DNA of 64,000 nt from the human T2T-CHM13v2.0 reference genome, Homo sapiens, in the NCBI RefSeq assembly GCF_009914755.1, contig NC_060941.1; one strand, given 5' to 3'. Made by a program: the position numbers and the translations under genes. Of this stretch, positions 53,162 to 64,000 are shown in pieces. Below the pieces are notes generated by a model. It was not told the origin of the DNA, did no database searches, and was given only the letters and a program-made list of their open reading frames with translations. Numbering within the stretch: the first letter of the stretch is position 1; the number at the start of each line of letters is the position of its first letter.

Positions 53162-55462
53162 TGTATTTGTTTGTTTTGACACTGTTGTAAAGAACTACCT
53201 GAGACTGGGTAAAGACTAGGTAAGGCAAAGAGCTTTGATTGACTCACAGTTCTGCATGGCTGGGGTGGCCTCAGGAAACTTACAATCATGGTGGAAGGCA
53301 AAGGGGAAGCAAGGCACATCTTACATGGCAGCAGGAGAGAGAGAAGGGGAGGGTGAAGTGCCACACTGTTAAACCATCGGATCTCATGAGAACTCACTCA
53401 TTATCATGAGAGCAGTATGGGGAAAATCTGCCCCCATAATCCAATCACCTCATACCAGTTCCCTCCGCTGAAATGTGGGGATTACAATTCCAGATAAGAT
53501 TTGGGTGGGACACAGAGCCATATCATATTATTCCAACCCTGGCCCCTCCCAAAATTCATGTTTTTCTCACATTTCAAAACCAGTCATGCCTTCCCAACAG
53601 TCTTAACTCATTCAGGCATTCAAAATTTTCAGTCCAAAGTCTCATCTGGGACAAGGCAAGTCCCTTCTGCCCACTACCCTGTAAAATAAAAAACAGGTTA
53701 GTTACTTTGATACTTCGAAGATACAATGGGGATATAGGAATTGGGTAAATGCTCCCATTCCAAGAGGGAGAAATTGACCAAAACCAAGGGGCTACAGCCC
53801 TCATGCAAGTCCAAAACCCAGCAGGGCAGCCATTAAATCTTAAATCTCCAAAATAATCTCCTTTGACTCCATGTCTCACATCCAGGGCACACTGATGCAA
53901 GAGGTGGGCTCCCAAGGCCTTGGGCAGCTCCACCCCTGTGGCTCTGCAGGGTACATACAGCCCCTGCAACTTCTTTCATGGGCTGGCATTGAGTGCCTGT
54001 GGCTTTTCCAGGCACCTAGTGCAAGCTGTTGGTGGATCTACCATTTTGGGGGCTGGAGGATGGTGGCCCTCTTCTCACAGCTCCACTAGGCGGTTCTCCT
54101 ATGGGGGGCTCCAGCCCCACTGCATTGCCCTAGTAGAGGTTCTCCATGAGGGCTCTGCTTTTGCCACAGACTTCTGCCTGGAAATCCAGGCATTTCCATA
54201 CATCCTCTGGAACCTAGGCTGAGATTCCCAAACCTCAACTCTTGTCTTCTGCATACCTGCAGGCCCAACACCACGTGGAAACCACCAATGCTTGGGACTT
54301 GTACCCTCTGAAGCAATGGCCTGAGCTTTACCTTGGCCCCTTTTAGCCATGGCTGGAGCTGGAGTGGCTGGGATGCAGGGTGCCATGTCCCATGGCTGCA
54401 TTGAGTCTTCTAGTCTTCCATGCCTGTGATTGAAGGGGCTGCTGTGAAGGTCTCTGAAATGCCCTGGAGACATTTTCCCCATTGTCTTGACTATTAACAT
54501 TCGGCTCCTTGTTACTTATGCAATTTCTGCAGCCAGTTTGAATTTCTCCCCAGAACATGGGTTTTTCTTTCCTACTGCATGGCCAGGCTGCAAATTTTCC
54601 ACACTTTTATGTTCTGCTTCTCTTTTAAACATAAGTTCCAATTTCAGATAATGTCTTTGTGAATGCATATGACTATAGGCTTTTAGAAACAGCCAGGTGA
54701 CATCTTGAATGCTTTGCTGCTTAGAAGTGTCGTCCACCAGATAACCTAAATAATCACTCTCAAGTACAAAGTTCCACAGATCTTTAGGGTGGGGCAAAAT
54801 GCCTCCAGTGTCTTTGCTAAAGCATAGCTAGAATGACCTTTACTCTAGTTCACACTAAGTTTCTCATCTCCATCTGAGACCACCTCAGCCTGGACTTCAA
54901 TGTCCATTATCACTTTCAACATTTTGTCCAAAACTATTCAACAAATCTCTAGGAAGTTCCCAACTTTCCTACATCTTCCTCTCTTCTTCTGAGTCTTCTA
55001 AACTGTTCCAACCTCTGCTCCTTACCCAGTTCCAAAGTTGCTTCTACATTTTCAGGTATCTTTATAGAGGTACCCTACTCCGCTGATACCAATTTTCTGT
55101 ATTAGTCCATTTTCACATTGCTATAAAAACTACCTGACACTGGATAATGTATATAAAAAAAGAGGTTTAATTGACTCACATTTTTGCATAGCTGGGGAAG
55201 CATTCAGGAAACTTACAATCATGGCAGAAAGTGAAAGGGAAGCAAGGTACATCTTACATGGCAGCAGGGGAGAGAGAGGGGCGGGGGACGTGCCACACTT
55301 CTAAACTATCAGATCTCAGGAGAACTCACTCACTATCATGAGAATAACATGAGGAAAATCTGCTGCCATGGTCCAATCACCTCCCACCAGGTTCCTCCCC
55401 TGACACTAAGGGTTACAATTTGAAGTGAGATTTGGGTGGAGACACAGAGCCAAACCACATCA
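53162..55462 (-). mobile_element. Full-length THE1 (probably THE1C/D) MaLR provirus: LTR 53162-53530, internal 53531-55097, LTR 55098-55462
   Basis: Two homologous LTRs (tgtatt...gacacagagcca..ca), THE1 internal sequence, perfect 5-bp TSD cttgg at 53157-53161 and 55463-55467. Confidence 0.92.
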
Positions 55463-55954
55463 CTTGGTTATTATTTGCATGGAATGTATTTTTCTTCTTC
55501 CCTTAACTTTCAGTTTCTGTGTGTCCTTAAATTTAAAGCTTGTGTCTTGTAGAAAGCACATAGTTGGATCATGTATTTTAATTCATTCAGCTGCTGTATA
55601 TATTTTGAATAATGAGTGTGATTTTCTTATACTTGAAGTAATTATTGAAGTAATTACTGATAGGCAGACACTTACTATGGTCAATTTGTGATTGTGTTCT
55701 GCCTTTTTTGTCAGTCTTTGGTTCTCTTTCTCAAAGAAATACCTCCCTTCTTTGTTTCTATCTGACCACAGTGAGTCAATCATGCCATTACCCCCCTGTG
55801 ATCTCTGTGAGGTGAGACTGGAGTGGGCATCCTGATAGGTATCTTGGAATGCTGGGAAAGACTGATGCCCATCTCTTATTGTATTTTTTGTGATCTGATG
55901 ATTTTTTAAAATAGTGATATAATTTTATCCTTTTTTCTTTATTTTTAAGTTACT

Positions 55955-56135
55955 TTTATTTATTAATTTTAAGAGACAGGGTTTCACTCTGTTGCCCAGG
56001 CTGGATTGCAGTGGCACGATCCTAGCTTACTGTGGTCTCCAGCTCCTAGGCTGAAGGGATACTCCCACTTCAGCTTCCTGAGTGGCTGAGACTACAGGCA
56101 CATGCCACCATGCCCTGTCAATCTTATTTTTTTAT
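55955..56135 (-). mobile_element. Alu monomer (AluJ/FRAM-like)
   Basis: Single antisense Alu arm. Confidence 0.8.
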
Positions 56136-57774
56136 TGTACAATGGCTTTTTCCTTGTGGTCACCATGAGGTTTGGATAGAAATTCTTATAACAATCTGTT
56201 TGAAGCTGATAACAACTTATCCACATAGAAAAACTCCACACATAATCTTCACACTTCCACATATATCTCCTTGATTTCAGAATTTACATATTTTTATATT
56301 TTTTTGTAGTTATTTGTATTCTTAATTATTTTCCAAATGAATTTAATTTTCTATCTGTATATTCTTGTAGTTCACTGAACTTCTTTAAGAGGACAATTCT
56401 GGATTTATTGTGAATCCTTTCATGGATCTTCATTTTTGCAGGATTTATCGTTATATCTTTATTAGTTTTTTTTCTTTTGGAGGTGTCATGATTCCCTGAT
56501 TCTTCATAATCCTTGTGTCTTTTGTTGGTGTCTGCACATTGAGGAAATAGTCAGCTCTTCCAGATTTTACAGGTATTCTTGGGATAGACCTTCACTCTTA
56601 AGTCTAGCCTGTGATTTTGGATGGGCCAGCTGGTAATGACATGGAATAGACAGAGCCTGCCATCAGGTTCTCTCATTTGTGGGGCCAAGGCCTTTGCTCT
56701 GAGGTTGGAATGGGACTACTGGCTAGGCTCCATTTTCCATTAGACCACAGGCTTGGCTTTGGAATCAGGCAGAACTTCTGGCTGGGTGCTGCAATTGCTT
56801 CTGATTGGGCTGAAACACAGGGTATGTTCACTGGCCAGGCAGGACCTCTATTTGAGTTCTGCAATTGGGTCAGGCTGCAGGTTGGACCCCAAGGTTAGTC
56901 AGAATTACTACTTGGGATGATCAGGATCAGCTGCTATGATCAGAGAGATGTATGGTTGAGGCTTGGCTCCCTGTCAGGGTGAAGCCCTGGAGTGGGTTTT
57001 GAGGCTGATGTGAACTGCTATTTCAATTTTTGGGTGGTCTAAGTTTAGCCCATTGTTTACTGAAAGGCATTGTATTGGGCAACACCCTCCCTGGGTGGGG
57101 TCTTGGATAAGCTTTGAGGCTGACTTGAGAGCTGTTTGAATTTCTGGGTGGTGTAAGTCAGGCTTTGTACTTTGCCAACAGTTGCCGTGTTTCATTTCTC
57201 CCTCGCTGGATGGCGTCTTGAGGTGGGCTTTGAGGACGAGCTGAGCTGGTACCTTTGATTGGATGCCTCTGCAGGCCACAGCACAGAGCACCATCAAAAT
57301 GTGAGCACTAGTTGCTGTGAGCAATACCTCCATTCTTTGTTTCTATCTGACCACAGGCAGTGAGCCATGTCATTACCCCCTGTGATCTCTGTGAGGTGAG
57401 ACTGGAGTGGGCATCCTGAGAGATGTCTCAGAATGCTAGGGAAGCTAGATGTCCATCTTCAGCTCCCTTTTCCCACTGTAGAAACTGTGGGCCCAGGGAA
57501 ATTCTCTGTTTATGGCACTGTGCCATGTTGAGGGAGGGCAAGGGACAATGTGGTTGAAGTGAGTGCATTTCTCTTGCTCTTCAAATGCAGTTCTTATTTG
57601 TTTCTGTGATACACACAAGTATTTCAGGCTTATTCTCAAGGTTTGGGGGTTTTCACTGAGGTATACTTGTCTGTGGATAGCTGCTAGTAGAACTTTCTGT
57701 TGCAGGGAGAGAAGGCTAGGACATTTTATTCTGCCATTTTGCTGATATCATTATAGCCATTGCTTTTTATCCCC

Positions 57775-60700
57775 TATTTTTTATTTCAATAGGTTTTTGG
57801 GGAACAAGTGGTATTTGGTTACAAGGATGTTCCTTAGTGGTGATTTGTGAGATTTTGGTGCATCCATCACCTGAGCAGTGTACACTCTACCCAATGTGTA
57901 GTCCTCACCTCCTTCCACCCTTTCCCCTGAGTCCCCAAAGCCCATTGTATCATTTTTATGCCTTTATGTCCTCATTGCTTAGCTCCCACTTATGAGTGAG
58001 AACATACCATGTCTGGTTTTCCATTCCTGAGTTACTTCACTTAGAATAATAGTCTCCAGTTCCATCTACCTTGTTGTAAATGTCACTATTTCATTCCTTT
58101 TTATGGCTGAGTAGTATTCCAAGGGGTGTGTGTGTGTGTGTGTGTATTTATAAATATATATATATTTGGACATATGGACATTTTCTTTATCCACTCATTG
58201 ACTGCTGGGCATTTGGACTGGTTGCATGTTTTGCAAGTGCGAGTTGTGCTGTTATAAACATGTGTGTTCAAGTATCTTTTTTGTATATGACTGCTTTTCC
58301 TCTGGGTAGATACGCAGTAGTGGGATTGCTGGATCAAATGGCAGACATACTTTTAGTTCTTTAAGGAATATCCACACTGTTTTCATAGTGGTTGTACTAG
58401 TTTACATTCCCACCAGCAATGTGAAAATATTTCCCTTTTACCACATCCATGCCAACATCTATTATTTTTTGATGTTTTGATCAAGGCCATTCTTGCAGGA
58501 GTAAGGTGGTATTATATTGTGGTTTTAATTTGCATTTCCCTTATAATTAGTGATGTTAAGCATTTTTTCATATGTTTGTTGGCCATTTGTATATCCTCTT
58601 TTGAGAATTTTCTGTTCATGTCCTTAGCCCACTTTTTGATGGGATTATTATTATTATTTTTTTCTTGTTGATTTGTTTGAGTTCCCAAAGATTCTGGATA
58701 TTAGTCCTTTGTCAGATGCATAGTTTACAAGATTTTCTCCCACTCTGTGGGTGGTCAGTTTACTCTATTGATTATTTCTTTTGCTGTTGCAGAAGCTTTT
58801 AGTTTAAGTCACATCTGTTTATCCTTGTTTTTGTTGCATTTGGTTTTGGGTTGTTGGTCATGAAGTCTTTGCCTAAGCCAATGTCTAGAAGGCTTTTTCC
58901 AATGTTGTCTTCTAGATTTTTTACGGTTTCAGGTCTTGTATTTAAGTCCTTGATCCTTCTTGAGTTGATTTTGGTAAGAGATGAGAGATGAGGATCCAGT
59001 TTCATTCTCCTGTATGTGGCTAGCCAATTATCCCAGCATCATTTGTTGAATAGGGCTTCCTTTTTCCACTTTATGCTTTTGTTTGCTTTGTCAAAGACCA
59101 GTTGGCTCTAAGTATTTGGGCATATTTCTGGGTTCTCTATTCTGTTCCCTTGGTCTATGTGCCTATTTTCTTACCAGTACCATACTGTTTTGGGGACTAT
59201 GGCCTTCTAGTATAGATTGAAGTCGGGTAATGTAATGCCTCCAGATTTGTTCTTTTTGCTTAGTCTTGCTTTGGCTATGTGGGCTGTTTTTTGGTTCTAT
59301 ACAAATTTTAGGATAGTTTTTTCTAGTTGTGTGAAAAATAATGGTGGTATTTTGATGGGAATTGCATTGAATTTGTAGATTACTTTTGGCAGTATGGTCA
59401 TTTTCACAGTATTGATTCTATCCATCTGTGAGCATGGGATGTGTTTCCATTTGTGCCTTCTATGATTTCTTTCAACAGTGTTTTGGAGTTTTCCTTGTAG
59501 AGGTCTTTCACTTCCTGGATTAGGTGTACTCCTAAGTATTTTAATTTTTTCTAGGTATTGTAAAAGGAGTTGAGTTCTTGATTTCTCAGCTTGGTCACTA
59601 CTGATGTATAGTAGTGCTACTCATTTGTGTATATTAATTTTATATCCTGAAACTTTACTGAATTCATTTATCAGTTATAGAAACTTTTTGGATGAGTCTG
59701 CAGGGTTTCCTATGTATATGATTTTATCATTGGTGAACAGCGACAGTCTGACTTCCTCTTTACTGATTTGGATGACCTTTACTTCTTTCTCTTGTCTGAC
59801 TGCTCTAAGACTTCCAGTACGATGTAGAATAGAAATGGTGACAGTGAGCATCCTTGTCTTGTTCCACTTCTCAAGGGGAAATGCTTTCAGCTTTTCTCTG
59901 TTCAGTATAATATTGGCTATGGGTTTGTCATGGGTGGCTTTTATTACCTTAAGTTATGTCCCTTCTATGCCAATTTTGCTGAGGGTTTTAATCGTAACGG
60001 GATGTTGGATGTTTTGTCAAATGCTTTTTCTGCATCTATTGAGATGATCATGTGCTTTTTATTTGAAATTCTGCTTATGTAGTACATCACATTTATTAAC
60101 TTGTGTATGTTAAGCCATCCCTGCATCCTTGGTATAAAAGCTCCTTGATCATGGTGGATTATCTTTTTGACAAGCCATTAGATTGTTAGCTAGTATTTTG
60201 TTGAGGATTTTTGCACCTATGTTTATCAGAGATATTAGTCTGTAGTTTTCTTTTTTTGTGATGTCCTTTCCTTGTTTTGGTATTAGAGTGATACTGGCTT
60301 CATAGAATGATTTAGGGAGAATTCCCTCTTTCTCTATCCTGTGTAATAGTGTCAATAGGATTGGTACCAATTCAACTGTGAATCTGTCTGGTCCTGGACT
60401 TTATTTTGTTGTCATTTTTTTCATTATCATTTCAATATCGCTGCTTATTGGTCTGTTCAGAGTTTCTATATCTTCCTAGTTTAATCTAGGGGGGTTGTAC
60501 ATTTTCAGGAATTTATCCATCTCCTGTAGGTTTTTCAGCTTGTGTGCATGAAGGTATTCATAGTAGCCTTGAATAATGTTTTGTATTTCTGTGGTATCAG
60601 TTGTAATATCTCCCACGTTTTTCTAATTGAGCTTATTTGAATTTTCTCTTATTTTCTTTGTTAATCTTGCCAATGGTCTATCAGTTTTTTTTTACCTTGT

Positions 60701-63700
60701 CAAAGAACCAGCTTCTTGTTTCATTTATGATTTTTATTTTTATTTTTCAATTTCCTTCAGTTCTCCTCTGATCTTTGTTATTTCTCTTTGTCTGCTGGGT
60801 TTGGGTTTGGTTTGTTCTTGTTTCTCTAGTTCCGTGAGGTGTGACCTTAGGTTGTCTATTTGTGCTCTTTTAGAATTCTTAATGTAATAATACTGTGAAC
60901 TTTTCTCTTAGTACTACTTTTGCTGTATTCCAGAGATTTTGATAGGTTGTGTCCCTATTATCATTCATTTCAAAGAATTTTTAAGTTTTCCTGTTGATTT
61001 TGTTGTTGACCCAACAATCATTCAGGAGCAGGTTATTTAATTTCCATGTATTTGGATGGTTTTGTGGGTTCCTTTAGGAGTTGATTTCCAATTTTATTCC
61101 AGTGTGGTCTGAGAGAGTACTTGATATAATTTCAATTTTCTTAAATTGATTGAGACTTGTTTTGTGGCCCATGATATGGTCTATCTTTGAGAATGTTTCG
61201 TGTGCTGATAAGTAGAATGCATATTCTGCAATTGTTGGGTAGAATGTTCTATAAATATCTGTTAAGTTCATTTGTTCTAGGATATAGTTTAAGTCCATTG
61301 TTTCTTTGTTGACTTTCTGTCTTGATGATATGTCTAGTGCTAACAGTGGAGTATGGAATCCCCCACTATTATTGTGCTGTTGTCTATCTCATTTCTTAGG
61401 TCTAGTAGTAAATGTTTTATAAATTTGGCAGCTCCAGTGTTAGGTGCATATATATTTAGGATTGTGATGTTTTCCTTTTGTACTAGTCCTGTTATCATTA
61501 TGTAGTGTCCGTCTTTGTCTTTTTTAACTGTTGTGGGTTTAATGTCTGTTTCGTCTAAGAATAGCTACTCCTGCTTGCTTTGGTGACCATTTGTATGGAA
61601 TATCTTTTTCTACCTCTTTGCCTTAAGTTTATGTGAGTCCTTATGTGTTAGCTGAGTCTCTTGGGGACGGCAGGTACTAGGTTGGTGAATTCTTATCCAT
61701 TCTACCATTCTGTATCTTTTAAGTGGAGTGTTTAGGCCATTTACATTCAACATTACTATTGAGATATGAGCTACTATTCTATTTGTCATGCTAATTGATG
61801 GCCTGAAGAGCTTGTTTTATTTTTCCATTTTGTTATTGTTTTATAGGTCCTGTGAGATTCATGCCTGAAGGAGGTTCTATTTTGGTGTATGTCAAGGGTT
61901 TGATTCAAGATTTAGAGCTCCTTTTACAAGTTCTTGTAGTGCTGGCTTGGTAGTGCCGAATTCTCTCAGCATTTGTTTGTCTGAAAAAGACTATCTCTCC
62001 TTCATTTATGAAGCTTAGTTTCATGGGATACAAAATTCTTGGCTGGTAATTGTTTTGTTTAAGGAGGCTAAAGATAGGACCCTAATCCCTTCTAGCTTGT
62101 AGGGTTTCTGCTGAGAAATCTGCCATTAACCTGATAGGTTTTTCTTTATACGTTACCTGATGCTTTTGCCTCACAGCTCTTAAGATTCTTCCCTTCATCT
62201 TGACTTTGGATAACCTGATGTCTATGTGCCTAGGTGATGATCTTTTTGTGATGAATTTCCCAGTTGTTCTTTCAGCTTCTTGCATTTGGATGTCTAAATG
62301 TCTCACAAGGCCAGGGAAGCTTTCCTCAATTATTCCCTCAAATATGTTTTCAAAACTTTCAGATTCCTCTTCTTCCTTGGGAACACCAGTCATTCTTAGG
62401 TTTGGCCATTTTACATAATCACAATCTTCTTGGAGGCTTTGTTCATTTTTTAAAATTCTGTTTTCTTTGTCTTTGATGGGTTGGGCTTTTGAAAGCCTTG
62501 TCTTTGAACTCTGAAGTTCTTTCTGCTACTTGTTTGTTTCTATTGCTGGGACTTTCCAGTGCATTTTACATCTCTCTAAATATGTCTTTCATTTCCAGAA
62601 GTTGTGATTGTTTTTTATTTATGCTATCTATTTCACTGAAGATTTTTGCTTTCATATCCTTCATATCCTGTATCTTTTTTAGCAGGAAGAGCTGCAGACC
62701 AAACTCCTCAGACACCAAGTTAAAGAAGGAAGGGGTTTATTTGGCCAGGAGCATCGGCAAGACTCCTGTCTCAAGAGCTGAGCTCCCCCAGTGAGCAATT
62801 CCTGTCCCTTTTAAGGGCTCACAACTCTAAGGGGGTCTGCGTGAGAGAGTCATGATCAATTGAGCAAGCAGGGGGTACGTGACTGGGGGCTGCATGCACC
62901 AGTAATCAGAACAAAACAGAACAGGACAGGGATTTTTACAATGCTTTTCCATACAATGTCTGTAATCTATAGATAACATAACCAGTTAGGTCAGGGGTCG
63001 ATCTTTAACTACCAGGCCCAGGGCGTGGTGACAGGCTGTCTGCCTTTAGATTTCATTTCTGCCTTTTAGTTTTTACTTCTTTCTTTGGAGGCAGAAATTG
63101 GGCATAAGACAATATGAGGGGTGGTCTCCACCCTTACTTTTTTTTTTTTTAATTTAAGTTGAACTTCACCTTTCTCGGGCACCTCCTTGATTAGCTTAAT
63201 ACTCAACTTTCTGAATTCTTTTTCTGGCAATTCAGAGATTTCTTCTTGGTTTGGATCCATTGCTGGTGAGCTAGTGTGATCTTTCAAGGGTGTTAAAGAA
63301 CCTTGTTTTGTCATATTACCAGATTTGTTTTTCTGGTTCCTTCTCATTTGGGTAGACTATGTCAGAAGGAAGATCTGGGGCTCAAGGGCTACTTATCAGA
63401 TTGTTTTTGTCCATGGGATCCCCCCTTGATATGGGGCTCTACCCCATCTCCTGGGGATGGGGCTTCCTGAGAGCCAAACTGCAATGATTGTTATTTCTCT
63501 GCTGGTCTAGCCATCCAACAGAGCTTCTGGGCTCTGAGCTGGTACTGGGGGGTGTCTGTGAAGAGTCCTGTGATGTGATCTGTCTTCAGTCCCTCAGGCA
63601 TGGATACCAGTGCCTGGTCCAGTGGAGGTAGCAGTGGAGTAAAGTGAACTCTCATGGTCCAAGTGTTTATCTAGGAGTCTATGGTCCTTGGTTGAAGTTT

Positions 63701-64000
63701 TGTTTAGTGTACTAGTTGGCCTCCAGCCAAGAGGTGGTCCTTTCAAGAGTGCACCAGCTGTGGTAGCATAGGGGGGATACAAACTTGCCCTAAGGTGGCC
63801 TGGATAAGTATTCCAGTTTCTCAGGTGGTGAGTGGGACCATAGAGCTCCCAAGAGATTATGCCCTTTGTCTTCGGCTACCAGGGTGCGTAGAGAAAGACC
63901 ATTAGGTTGGGGCAGGGTTAGGCATGTGTGAGCTCCGACTCTCCTTCGGTGGGGCTTGCTGTGGCCACTGTGAGGGATGGGGGTGTGGTTAACAGGCCAA
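57775..64000 (-). mobile_element. Long, near full-length decayed L1PB-type LINE-1 (3' UTR, ORF2, ORF1, 5' UTR running off the window)
   Basis: ORF2 pieces (58799.., 60149.., 61074..) and ORF1 pieces (62082..; 63066.. MRRNQKNKSGNMTKQGSLTP) in colinear order with many stops. Confidence 0.93.
62678..63136 (-). mobile_element. LTR2-family (HERV-E/Harlequin) solo LTR inserted in L1 ORF1
   Basis: Reverse complement begins taagggtggagaccacccctcatattgtcttatgcccaatttctgcctcc; 4-bp TSD cttt. Confidence 0.8.

Noticed and set aside
55392-55407. PRDM9 hotspot motif in the THE1 LTR
   Set aside because: cctcccctgacac mismatches CCNCCNTNNCCNC at two key positions; the other LTR matches less well
57775-64000. 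Possible active LINE-1
   Set aside because: Old subfamily, ORF1 and ORF2 broken, LTR2 inserted in ORF1

Overview
Human (primate) genomic DNA, recognisable from the encoded proteins as the 17p13.3 junction between RAP1GAP2 and an olfactory-receptor cluster. Bases 1-12,040 are GC-rich and hold the 3' end of RAP1GAP2 (+): four coding exons, a 39-nt exon containing the stop codon, a 3'-UTR intron and a ~4.35-kb terminal exon with AATAAA. An 18-copy ~80-bp VNTR lies in the intron just before the stop exon. From about 19 kb the sequence becomes AT-rich and dominated by L1, LTR and DNA-transposon fossils. That part contains an orphan CpG-island promoter (~22.9-23.8 kb) and one intact single-exon odorant receptor gene (OR1D5 by position, - strand, 36907-37845). 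No prokaryote-type system (CRISPR etc.) is present, and I cannot support a wholly new gene system. The best leads are: (i) a VNTR whose units each fold into two hairpins, next to a frame-symmetric stop exon whose skipping would give a different C-terminus; (ii) a MADE1 palindrome with three mirrored substitutions that keep a perfect 39-bp stem (miR-548-like candidate); (iii) a full THE1 provirus whose OR1D5-facing LTR keeps a perfect DUX4 site; (iv) an orphan NF-Y/MYB/YY1 CpG promoter; (v) an LTR33-borne CTCF motif at the compositional boundary; (vi) two short local templated duplications. Repeat subfamily calls come from remembered consensus sequences and repeat boundaries are approximate.
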